Below, one piece after another: positions 24,471-35,883 of a stretch of DNA of 64,000 bases. The number at the start of each line of letters is the position of its first letter. Positions within the stretch are counted from its first letter, which is position 1. Below the pieces are notes generated by a model. The model ran no database searches, had not been told where the DNA came from, and saw only the letters and a list, made by a program, of their open reading frames with translations. Location: NCBI RefSeq assembly GCF_003704095.1, contig NW_020847063.1:62001-126000 (forward strand). The letters are read 5' to 3'. The position numbers were made by a program, and so were the translations under genes. This DNA is from Pocillopora damicornis (taxonomy: Eukaryota).

Positions 24471-25916
24471 TATAAGTAGTGCAACTGATAAAATATGAAC
24501 CAAGCTGTTAAGGAAATAATTTCCCTTTTAGCTGTGTTTCAAGCTTGATCACTTAAAATACAAATAAAGAAGAAAGCTAACCTATTTCATAAAGGTTGTC
24601 TTTATTCTGATTTGCAAATTGTTCAGTATGTCCGCATTTCTACTTCCTCCCACCCTCAAGATATTAATTATTCGTAACTGATGAGACTGATAGATATTCA
24701 GTTTGTTGTTGTTCATCGTTCTCTCTATTTTGCTTCCTCTCCGATTGAAAGAACAGCCTCTATTTTTCTGAATAACAAGCTTATATTTTTTCTCTTGAAA
24801 ATCTTCCTTCCGTCCATTTATGATCAGAACCATTAAAAGGAGTGCCATAACTTATGTTTGAATTGTCATGTTAATTAATTCCTATCAAAACTTTAAAATA
24901 AACTCTCTCTCTCCCCTGACTACGAAATACACTTTGACTGAAATATATCTCCATTCTACGAAGATTTTACAGGAAGGGTCCTGTTTTGTTTAATCCTGTT
25001 TTGTTAATCGCACGAAATATTCACTGCATTGAAAGGCGAAATTACTTATATAAGCATTTCCACGCATGTTGGAAATACGACTTTCTTTGGGTTAAAGTAG
25101 ATCAGTGAACTTCTGTTTATTTTAGATAAAGTTGAACTTGATTTGCGAATCGCAAAATGGAATGATGGATATTACGGTTTTAATTTCCATGTTCCCTAAA
25201 TTTCAGAAAAATCTGGTTGAAATAAATTTTGGGATTGTGTGAATTAGTAGAAATAAATAGATCGGCTATTAAAGTTTCCCTTAGAGCCATTTTCCAGTCA
25301 AGATTAGAATCGTGAAAAAAAGATGCCATCTTTTTAATTTCTATGTAAATTAGGCGGTTTATGTTTCAAAATCAATTTTGTCTATCCTCATGCTATAAAT
25401 ACCAAAGCCAGATGGAGGTGCTTTTTCCATAAGAAAAAATCCTATTGAGAACATTTGAGATCTACTATGATTTGAAACACGACTGTGAAGCTCTCATCTG
25501 ATATCAAATTAAAACTCCTGGAAATCGTTCTCAACGTACTTTGGGACTCCTGAGGGTCGTATAGGAGCGAAAAGAGCACATCACTAAACGTGGGCGAACC
25601 AATTTTTAGTCTTAGTCCACTTACAGCTTATTTTTTTCAAAGCCTGCCTTACTGGCGGATAACACTTCCAGAAGTTGCTCAGTCCCAGACTAAATCTTCA
25701 TACTGTTGTGGACATCGAACTATCCGCCGCTTACTTCCAAAATTCTTCTCCTCTCCACACCACCCCTGGATGTGTTTTAGCTTAATAAAGCGCATCATTG
25801 GTTATGATCGAACGAATCAAACTCTAAATCTTCTAACAGCTTTATTTTATAACAGCCCTTTTTTTGCCAAATAACGGTAACGGATAACACTTCCAGAACT
25901 TACTGAAAAGCTACAA

Positions 25917-26849
25917 CTAAGTCTGCGGAAAGCAAAGTGCTCGTCTGATTGTCTCCTTTACTGCTTGTCTCACTTCAGTAATCCTCCAACAATAAAGAAA
26001 CGGGTTCAACGAAGAGTTTAAGTAAACTAAGGTCTCTACGCATTCAGAGACTAGAAATTCAAAGGGAGAAGCTCTCCCTTCAGGAAGAACAGCTGTGACT
26101 ATGCCGTACGGTAAATAGCAAACTACTAATGCCAACTGCACCCACAGTGCACTGTGCACTGCCTCTCTGTATCGCGCCATGTTGAGGGGAACTGGTTGCA
26201 CATGCGCTTGCAGCTGATTTTGGTTATGATGAAGGCCGTGGAAAATTTTCATGTACGAGACGGTTGTTGTTATCAGACAAACCCCTATAACGACATAGCT
26301 AAACCTGATAGCTATACGGTGATTCACAAAGGACGATGTCGCACCGAGAATCGAAGAAACAATCCAAAAGATGATAAGAAGCAAATATGTTCGCTTTAAA
26401 GTCACAACTTGTTTGTATCTCAGCCCCAAAATTAGGGCGAGAAGTCTGTCTACACTTACTGCGGTCATTGTCAAAAGGGAAACTGATGCTAGTATAAAAC
26501 CTGCTACAAAATGTGTGATTTGCATAAAGAGACAAAAATTCCAATATTCGTTAACTAAGGACAGCCAATACATAACGGCGGAAGGCTCTGAAATCAGACC
26601 AACACAGAGATCAGTTGTTGCCAGACAACGATACAGAAATTTGGATGGCGAATGAAGAGAAGACTCCTTATGGAGTGCGACTAAGATCAGGAAGTTTCCA
26701 AGAAATGCAGTAATGGACAGAAAAATGTTAATGATTGAGAGAGTTATTATTGGCTTGTGTATTCCATCTGCCCATCCTGCCACGCATCGCAGTTGTGCAA
26801 GTGTTTCGCTTTGTTTTGCAGTTTCAGAAGATAGGTTCACCTGTGCCAT
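25917..26849 (-). CDS. Class A orphan GPCR, copy 6, 310 aa
   Basis: Intact 7TM ORF; family ATG (MAQVNLS) at 26849, with an additional in-frame ATG at 26873. Confidence 0.93.
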   Translation of the reverse strand: MAQVNLSSETAKQSETLAQLRCVAGWADGIHKPIITLSIINIFLSITAFLGNFLILVALHKESSLHSPSKFLYRCLATTDLCVGLISEPSAVMYWLSLVNEYWNFCLFMQITHFVAGFILASVSLLTMTAVSVDRLLALILGLRYKQVVTLKRTYLLLIIFWIVSSILGATSSFVNHRIAIRFSYVVIGVCLITTTVSYMKIFHGLHHNQNQLQAHVQPVPLNMARYREAVHSALWVQLALVVCYLPYGIVTAVLPEGRASPFEFLVSECVETLVYLNSSLNPFLYCWRITEVRQAVKETIRRALCFPQT

Positions 26850-27574
26850 TATTTCCTCAGCAACGTTCCTCATGCTTTTCAATCTGTAGGGAAGCTTGCA
26901 TCTCCGAGGATCACTTCAGGTTTTTTCATAATTTTCATGTCAGGACCTTTTGTGATAATAACTCATCGACTGGTCACGATCTTGTCACACACGTCAAACG
27001 GAAAACGGATGCCTATCAGTTGTAGAATATTTTTTCCAACGAGAAACCGTAAATCATAGAATACGAACGGTGCTCTCTCTTTATTATGTGACCCTTCGAT
27101 CATTGACTCGCAAGGCAATTTGGAAATTTTGTGCTCGCTATGGACTTTTTAAGGAGAGAGTTTTTCGAGACAGCTGTGTGTACACACGATATAGCAATGG
27201 TATCGACTTGATCGTATCTCCGGTGCATAATAAATGTTTCGCGCGAAAGCGGGGTGTTTGCTTTACTTGAAATGTTTTGGGCCTAAAAAGGATGCCTCTT
27301 TAGACACCTTATAATACTTCTGCAATCATCTGTCGATTGTATTCATGATACAGTGTAAAAAGGGCAAAGAAAAATGAGAATGTTTTACAAACAATTTGAC
27401 GCTGTCACACAAACTTATTACATAAACTCAACACAACTGAAATGTTGAAAACAAATTGAGCGACATAAGCAATATACGGGACGGTAGACAATGTAACAAT
27501 GATCAAGATTATTTGACAGAGCAGAATCGGAAATTAACTTTCACGAAAAATCGGGTTTTTTTAAAAGAGGGCAA

Positions 27575-27895
27575 AAGATACTGTGGTGCTACGTCGGTGG
27601 AAGAGTATAACAGGGTAATCTAATATTATCAACTGAGTTGATAACGTAAATTGGCCACCGTAAACAGTTTCAAGCTGACGTTTCGAGCGTTAGCTCTTCA
27701 CCCTAACTAAGGACTAACTCTCGAAACGACAGCTTTGAAACTCTTTACGGTGGCCTATTTACGTTATCAACTCAGTTAATAGCACTAAGTTACCCTGTTT
27801 CACTCTGATTCGCCCTGACGAAGGGCTAAAGCTTGAAACGTCAGCTTTAAAACTCTTTACGCTGTCAACTCAGTTGATGATACTAAGTTACCCAT
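27575..27895. mobile_element. Penelope-like-element-derived foldback repeat with hammerhead-like motifs
   Basis: Inverted arms tatcaactgagttgataacgtaaattggccaccgtaaa..gctgacgtttcgag and their complement; a third arm carries CTGACGA..GAAACGTC at 27815-27842. Confidence 0.7.
27812..27845 (+). ncRNA. Minimal type I hammerhead ribozyme-like motif (probably decayed)
   Basis: gcc-CTGACGA-a-GGGC-taaa-GCTT-GAAAC-GTC-agc: both core boxes, stem II, palindromic ACGT stem III; stem I has a mismatch. Confidence 0.5.
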
Positions 27896-28331
27896 TGTTA
27901 TAAAAGACTGTCATTAGACGGCTAAGAGAAAATTCTATCTCTCATTTTGTTTAGGACTTGTTGATAAAAAATAGACACATTATTTTCGTTCGAATTTTAA
28001 AGCATCATGATGGTGCTAATTTCTCCAAACAAAGAAAACTGTGTAAAGAGGTTGATGAGTTAGCACTATTCATTGACTTCACTAATTAAAATCCTTAATT
28101 ACATAACAATAAATGAAACTTACCAAAGTATTGAATCAGATAAGAGCAAGTTACCAGTTGCTTTACGATAAAAAGGGTCCATAATATTTGTAACAAATAT
28201 TCTGAAAGTCTAATACACAAATATCATCTTTGAAATCATAGAGAGCTCGCACAGATTCAGCCAAATCGTTTAATCTAATAATAGTTATGCAGTGAACGTA
28301 TTTCAGTTTATCATTTTTGTGAATCACATTT

Positions 28332-29139
28332 TTACAACTCATTCACAGTCAGCTCAGTCCATGGACAGCAAAGTGTTCGTCTGATTGTCTCCTTTACTAC
28401 ATTTCTTACTTCACCAATCTTCCAATAGTAAAAAACCAGTTTCAATGAAGAGTTTAAGTAGACCAGAAATTCAGAAGATGATAGTCTATTTCCACGTAAA
28501 ACTGCTCTGACTATACCGTACGGTAAATAGCAACCGACTAAAAAAACCAACTGCAACCGCAATGCACTGTATACTGCCTTTTCCTATCGTACCACGTTCA
28601 GTGAAGTCAGTTGGTTCGGCTGCTGTAGAGCATGCACTTGATTTTTGTTACGATGGAGGCGGTGAAAAATGTTTTTGTACTATAACGTTGCTGTAATAAG
28701 GCAAAGTGATATACCGATATGGCCATACCGGACGGCTATAGGGTGATAAAAAAGACCGATGTTCTGTCCACATTTATTGCCGTCACTGTTAAGAGAGAGA
28801 CTGATGTTATATTATAAGCTGCTTCAAAATTAGTAAGTTCTGCATAGAGACAGACTCCATTCTTCGTGAAGCAAAGACAGCCAATTCATAACGATAGAAG
28901 GCTGTGAAATCAGGCCAAGACAAATAACTAATCTGTCTTTTCCAAAGAACGAAACATAAGTTTGGAATAAGTTTGGATGGCGGATGAAGGGAGTATTGCC
29001 GTGAAATGCATTTATGGACAGAATAATGTTCGCTGCTGCGAGAAATATTACGGGCAAGTGTATTTCATGTGCTCTTCCTGCCACGCATTGTGGTTTCGGT
29101 TTGTTTTCCGCTACGCCCAGATAGATTCACTTGAGCCAT
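28332..29139 (-). pseudogene. GPCR pseudogene with frameshifts and internal deletions
   Basis: Starts MAQVNLS at 29139; frameshifts; ICL2-TM4 deleted after the VDR motif; TM7 shortened (SEFLVYLNSSLK, NP lost); ends RRTLCCPW. Confidence 0.88.
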
Positions 29140-30213
29140 TATTCTCGCCGCAACGTGCCTTATGTTCTTCAATCTCTAGGGAAGCTTTAATCTTCGAGGA
29201 TATCTTGAGGATTTGCTACGTAATCTTCATGTCAAGGTTTCTTGTAAGTCAACAGCAAGAAATGATCAAATATGTCAAATTTGACAATCAATTATCTATG
29301 GCGTTCAATCCCTGCCAAAATTCAAGTTGTATTTTCAACCTTTAAGTTTCATTTTCAATAATCAAGTTTTATTTAGTGCTTCTTCAGTAAGCTCCACCCC
29401 CTCTTGACATGACTTGTAAAACAATTTAGAAATGTTACGCACGCTGTATCATTTGAAGGAATTATTTTTTCGAGACAACTGCATATACGCGCGATAGCTC
29501 TTGTATTCTGACTGCAGCAACGTATCTCTGAAAATGTTTGGGCCTATAAAGGAAAAGAATAATACAAGATGAATATTTTACAACAAATTTGACGCATTGA
29601 CGAAATCTAAAGGCAGGAATTCAGAAAAACTGAAATATACAGATACGGAACAACATATATAAGCATGCCATTAAGATAATTTGACCAAACAGAATCAGAA
29701 ATGAGAGCGCACGAAAAAATTGGTTATAAAGGTCGTCTCCAGACGGCAAAAAGAGGAAATTAATTTTCTAGCTTCTTATTAAAAAATGAATCAACTAAAC
29801 AACTGTTTAAGTCGTGTTTATTCCATAGATGAGTTTGGAAATATGCGTATTATCAAGTTACCAAGACTTGTTGGAAGACTTCAGAAGAAAATCATCTCAA
29901 TATTTTTGCCGATAGGTAGGATCTCTAAAAAGGCATGATACAGAACTTCCTTGGGTTGGTTTCCATCAGTTTATTAAAAAATTTGAATGCTAGAAGAACA
30001 AAAATTAACGTTGTCATTATTAAAGCTCAAATTGTTTCATCGATAATAAAAAGATTTCCAGCGAGGCATCTAGCTACCTACAAAGGCGTTTCACAGCAGA
30101 TGCAAATGAGATAAAAAATCATTCAACCACAGCTCATATATATGCCTGTCGCACAGCTGGAATTTATCAAAGCACAGTAGTAAAAAAATTGTTTTGTAGA
30201 TAAGGGGTTCTTT

Positions 30214-30815
30214 TTACCCCTTCACTGCTACAAGGAAGTACTGAGTACGTCGTATATCAGATTAATCATATGATACAAGGACCTACCCAGTATGTGCTAA
30301 AACATAGTACTTGTATGAATACTTCTGCACACTGTAAAGACAATTAAACTGGTGAGGGTCTGGTAAAGATTAGTATACTTGGTGTCAGATACATGACAAA
30401 ACAACCGACAAAACATCTTTTCCTCGTCAAGCACATGTTGTCTCCCTGTGAATTGTGATTGTTTCGTTCTTTTTCCGTTTGAAACTGGCAAGCAATGAGT
30501 AAATTTACTTTTAACATAGTTCTAGATAGATTGCGGAACGAATCTGGCGATGAAGAGGATGCTTCTGAGGAAAGTGACGAAAATGATGAAGATTATTTAA
30601 ATACCACACGGAGTGCAATTATTAACTGATTTTTTTTAGCAAAATGCACAAATATTGTGTAGAATGATGAATTTTAAATGTACATTTGATCTCTGTAGCT
30701 TAGAACTGTTTAGGAGATTGAATACATCTTTATATTTCATACTTTAAAAATACCCAAATTTGTCCCACACAGGGGTGGAAATATCTAAAAAAAATGGCTC
30801 GCGGGAAAGGGTCAA
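30214..30815 (+). mobile_element. Putative piggyBac deletion derivative
   Basis: cccttcactgc ... gcgggaaaggg ends with near-TTAA flanks; subterminal palindrome ga.gtactgagtacgtc; acidic mini-ORF at 30495-30629. Confidence 0.4.
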
Positions 30816-31000
30816 TCAACTCACAAAAGGAGCCAGTCTGCTAGGAGAGTAAATGCCAAATGGTGAAACATTTCTGGAGCAAAATTCAACCAAAGGGTTA
30901 TTTTTCTAAAATTAAGATTTATCAAGAAATTTGAGTGCAGAAGAGTAAAACTGATCGAGACCCGGCTAAAAAGCAAATCGTGTCGTAAGTCATGCAAAGA

Positions 31001-31942
31001 CTAACTCCAAGGACAGCAAAGTACTTGTGTGATTGTCTCCTTCACTGCTTGTCTTATTTCATTTATCTTCCAGCAGTAAAGAATAGGATTGAGAGACGAG
31101 TTTACGTAAACTAAGGTTGCGGTATATCCCCAGACTAAAAACTGTAGTGGAGAAAGTTCGCCCTTTGGAAGAACCGATCTCGCTATGTTGTATGGAAGAT
31201 AGCAAGCAACGAGTGCCAGCTGCACCCACAGTGCACTGTACACTGCCTTTCTGTATCGCGCCATGTTCAGTGGTTGGCCCAGCTGTTGTAGAGTATGGAT
31301 GTGTACTTGATAATGGCTATGGTACAGAGTGTGGAAAATTTTTGCGTACGAGAACGTTGCTGTTGCAATACACAGTGGTATAACAATATAACTATACCAA
31401 ATGGCTATGCGGTGATTAAAAAAGTACGATGCCCCAGTGACTATTGACACGACCCAAAACATAATTAAAATCACACATGTTCGCTTCATGGTTACAACTT
31501 GTCTGTATCTCAGCTCCAGCAACAGGGCAAGAAGTCTGTCCACACTTATTGCAGTCATTGTTAGCAGAGAGACTGAAGACAGAGAGAAGCCTGCTATGAA
31601 ACTCATGCTCAGCGCATAGCGGCAAAAATCCAAGTTCTGGTCAACCAGTGACAGCAAATAAGCAACGTGACTAGGCCCAGTAATAAGGCCGACACAAAGA
31701 TCAGTTGTTGCCAAACAACGATACAAGAGTTTAGACGGTGGATGAAGGGAAGATTGTTTGAAAAGGGCGACTAGGATAAAGGTGTTACCAAGAAATGCAG
31801 TAACGGACAGGAAAATGTTGAATGCTGAGATAAGTATCAACTGTGTGTGAATCTTATCTGTCCAACCTGCCACGCATCGTAATTGTGCAAGGATCTCGGT
31901 TTGTTTCCCTGTATCTCCTGATAGGTTTGCCTGTGCCATCAT
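31001..31942 (-). CDS. Class A orphan GPCR, copy 7, 313 aa
   Basis: Intact 7TM ORF with all family motifs. Confidence 0.93.
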   Translation of the reverse strand: MMAQANLSGDTGKQTEILAQLRCVAGWTDKIHTQLILISAFNIFLSVTAFLGNTFILVALFKQSSLHPPSKLLYRCLATTDLCVGLITGPSHVAYLLSLVDQNLDFCRYALSMSFIAGFSLSSVSLLTMTAISVDRLLALLLELRYRQVVTMKRTCVILIMFWVVSIVTGASYFFNHRIAIWYSYIVIPLCIATATFSYAKIFHTLYHSHYQVHIHTLQQLGQPLNMARYRKAVYSALWVQLALVACYLPYNIARSVLPKGELSPLQFLVWGYTATLVYVNSSLNPILYCWKINEIRQAVKETITQVLCCPWS

Positions 31943-33188
31943 CTCTACGAAAGTGAGTGCACTTTACTTATCTACCAGGGAAGCTTTTGAACCAGTTGCT
32001 CCAAATGTCACTTCAGGTTTTTTGGTGGCCTGACTTTAGAGCTTCTATTGACAAAGGATCAACAGCTGCCTATGATATGAATAAACATGTCAAATGTAAT
32101 TTTAAAATATTCACCTAAGATGTACCAAAGCAAACTCGATGGACTTCCTTGGCTCAAATGACTTACGACATCTCATAAGGATTTTAAAAAAGTATTTCTT
32201 TTCTTTGCGGCTTCTCCTTTTAACAATCTGGTCTCATTATGGATGTTTGCTAATTGATATTTACCATCAAGTTGAAATTAAACTTGTGCTGACAGAGGGC
32301 AAATTGCTTTTGCAATTAATGAAAGCGCGTTATATTTCTTAGAACGAAAGATCTCTATAAAATGTACTAAGTAGGAAAACTAGCCCTAATCTTTCTTGCT
32401 GTCCTTTGTCCGAATAGCGTAGATACTCGCCCGGGTATTTTTTTTATACTCAAAATAATACCAATCAAACAGAAACTAATTTTTTCTTTGTAAAACGCTT
32501 TTTTGTTACTTCCTTACGAAGATTACGTGTATTTGTTCGCAAAACGAAATGGTAAGAGTCAGAAAGCTTCAGTTTTAAAAAAAGGCGGCTCGGTCATTTC
32601 ACGGTTCAGGAGCACATTTTGCTGAAACAGACGGCAGGCATACTTTTAGGGAAACTATTAAGGGCCTCTCTGCTTTTTTTACAGTGTTGTGCAAAAGTAA
32701 TGCATACAATAATCGTATAATATCAAGCCTGCCTTATCTATAAATCGCACATTTTAGCGACACTTCAGAGCGATAATTCGACGAAATATTGGAGCTTTCT
32801 AGCAATATCTCACCGATGTCTCGTTCTAGTGAGACATCCTCCCTTAAAGCGCCGGACAAATGATCACGGCGCGGCAGATCATCTTAGCAGGGGTTTCTCG
32901 TCGCTATTGATTAACTTAAATGTCTTCGATATCTTGTTTGAGCGAAATGACGATAAGTTACTCACCTACCCACCTTGCGTTAAGGGCTACGTACTTTAAT
33001 GCTTCTGCGGTCTCTGAGTCTTGGAAATTCCAGACCTAGGCAGCAGAAAAACTTTACCAAGACAGCGTGCAGTCAAAAGGTAATAAGAGGAGTTTCTCAC
33101 ACGTTGAACGATTACTTAAAGCAGATGCAACACTATTCTTTCTGTTGACCAAAGCGGTCCTAATACAAAGATATGAAAGGATATCAGA

Positions 33189-33369
33189 TCATGGAAATTA
33201 ACATCCGTAACTCACAGGGCGATAGGGTGTTATCTGTTGTGCAAAATATGGCAGCATGAGGCGACACAATTTGAACATGGAAATTAAACTGTAATTCACA
33301 GGGCAATGGGTGAGTGTTATCTGTTGTGCAAAATATGGCAGCATGAGGCGATACAATTTCAACATGGAA
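33189..33369. repeat. Tandem duplication, two ~85-bp units
   Basis: gtgttatctgttgtgcaaaatatggcagcatgaggcga occurs twice. Confidence 0.85.
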
Positions 33370-33589
33370 GAGATTAATCAAATTAAGGTCAGCAAAACAA
33401 AAAGAGATTAATTAAGACAAAAATAGCTTTGTTGCAGGATTGAAAGAATACTACAAGGTGCGGATCAGGACTATCTACCTGAAAGTTGAAGTGTACAGCC
33501 ATCCTTGAAGTGTCTCAGACCTACGTCGGCCAATATCGGCCAATATCAGCCACTGTGGTGTGTGTTGGGGTGGTCCTCAATTTTAACGC

Positions 33590-33825
33590 ACTTTTCAGTT
33601 GTGTCGGTGAACCAAAACCAAAGCAATCACAAAGACCAATCATGGCAAGTAAAATTATCTCGAAGAACCAATGGAAACTCAAAGCAAAAACAAGCAAACT
33701 GCCTGAAGCGCGGGAAAACGCGTGCGACCAAGTCGCAATTGGTTTTAGTTTTGAATCTGATTGGTGGAGAGAGTGGTGCGAGTTTTCTGGACCAATCACG
33801 AAGCGAAGTAAAGCAAAACCAATAG
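33590..33825. repeat. Interspersed MITE-like repeat (related pieces at ~40000-40105 and ~45505-45640)
   Basis: Shared motifs gcgcgggaaa, ttct.gaccaatc and accaaag..atca across the three loci. Confidence 0.5.
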
Positions 33826-34911
33826 ATAATGGATTTACCAACATCCTTTCCCACGAATACCTTAGGTAGGCCTCGCATAAAAAACGTTTCCCAACAGAAT
33901 GCAAACAAATAAAAACACTCTGCAAAACATTGGAAGTTGTGAAATTTATTAATTCCTAATAATTCTCTTGCACTGAATCTTTCCCTACTGAGAAATAATC
34001 TATTAATTTCATTTTCTATGGAATATTCTACACATTTTATTTTTTAACAACTTGTTATAAAATCAATCATATATCAAAATAACTTGAAAAATTTATCCCA
34101 CCACTATTATATAAAATATATTCGCTTTGATATAATTTTGGTCATAAATTGCCAGCTAATCAAAATATCCTTATTGATTTAAAGCATTTACAAGTACACA
34201 TAGCATTTCAGTTAGAGGAATAAAACTTATTAATAGAAAAAAAAATGTTGGATTTATGGGAGCATTAAAACAAGATTACTCAATGCGCGCAGTAAAATGA
34301 ATCCCCGTTAAAATGCTTTGGAATCATTGGCATTTACTAGAAATCCTTTGATCAAAATACGAACAGAGTAATTCCAAAAAGCACATACTTGAGAATGAGC
34401 CACTTAAAAATTGGAACCGTATGTGGATACAACTGAGAAATGATGCGAATAACAAAAGCATCTCTAGGAATTTTACCTCCCAAACATTTCACACTCTTGG
34501 ATCATTAATATTTCCAGAAAATATTGCTTGCAAGGAGCTGAAATTTTACGGATTACTAACTATAGAAAATTTCCATTGTTTCCGAGTAATTCATTTATAC
34601 TCCAAGACCTCTGGGGACAAACTTGAATGCTAATGATCCAAAACGAGAACTGTGAATTATCTACAGCTTATTAGAAATCATGGAAATAAAAATCATATTT
34701 TTTCCAAAACCTTTCTTAAAATTAAATACACCTTCGACTGCATAAACAAATTGTTTTACAGCCATACCCAAATTCCATATTTGATTATCACAGATGATCT
34801 ATAATACAATTTAAAAGGCTCCTAAGGATCCTTCTCCCCGCCAAACCCGATTAACATGCAACTAAATATGAGCCGCCACATTGTAATTTGTCCTACGAAC
34901 CCTACCATACT

Positions 34912-35123
34912 TTAACATTTTACACTCTAAGCTCAGTATGCATATTCTCCACACGGTTCTCTATACATTTCCGAAGGTGCTGACAAGAAGAATTTGCTTA
35001 ACAGTCCACAGCTTCTGTAGTTGTTGATTATTTTCATAATTCTCATGATTGTAATGTTTGATTCAGAGGAGATACTGTGAGGAGAAATTAGAGGATAATC
35101 TCTCTTAGGGGTTAAAGGGTTAA
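34912..35123. mobile_element. piggyBac-type MITE
   Basis: TTAA-bounded, ends ggggttaaagggTTAA; internally similar to 42319-42516. Confidence 0.75.
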
Positions 35124-35883
35124 AGTACTTTGCACGTGAACAGCTCTTACACGTACCAACCCCTACAAGAAATCCGTCACGAAAAGAGTGAAAGAAAGAA
35201 AGAAACAAACAAACACTGAAAAGTTAAGTGAGCATTAGCCTGATATCACCGTTAACAAATACCCCTCAGTTGTTATACTACTATAAGACTAGTGCCCTAA
35301 ATATTCGCGTCTGATTAGTTGACAGGAGATACTACATTCAATGAAAAATATGTTGCGTAGCGCAGAATTTCGCGCCAAAATAACGCGACTGCAGAATTTC
35401 CCAAATATGTATCATTTCGTAACTATCCATGTGTCAGCGAGGAAGCCATTGTTACTACTCAGCCTTGTTTGTATGGTGGCATTCAAACAATTTTAAGAGA
35501 GAATAAATAAACAATGCCACACAACACAATGACTCAGACCAACAATGGTTCCTTGAAAAACAGTGTACTATGGTATAAAATGGTTTCCTGTAAAGACCAC
35601 CATCTAAATTGCGATTTGTCACTCGCACAGAATTTTGCTGAATGTCCCGCTGTAACTCAATGATGCCTAGTTTGCATCCACAACGTGCAAAATGATCTAC
35701 ATCTTAACTTGTTTCTCTTGCTTCTTGCTTCTTGCTTCTTGCTTGCAGCCAAGTTAGGGCGGCAATCTCGAGAAGAGGTATTTGACGAGCTTCTGAAAGA
35801 TTTCATCTCACAGTCACACTCGTTACAATGCCAATTCTCTAGCCATTGTTAGAAGGTTTCCAACGGCATTCCAGGTGGGTTTG

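Noticed and set aside
4531-31625. Many 60-110 aa ORFs overlapping the GPCR genes in other frames or strands, similar between copies
   Set aside because: Shadow ORFs; their similarity is a by-product of GPCR paralogy and their boundaries are not conserved.
33189-33369. CRISPR-like repeat-spacer appearance
   Set aside because: Only two units, the 'spacers' are homologous and the context is eukaryotic; it is a simple tandem duplication.
33486-33925. Four overlapping 93-134 aa ORFs
   Set aside because: They coincide with an interspersed repeat and show no protein motifs.
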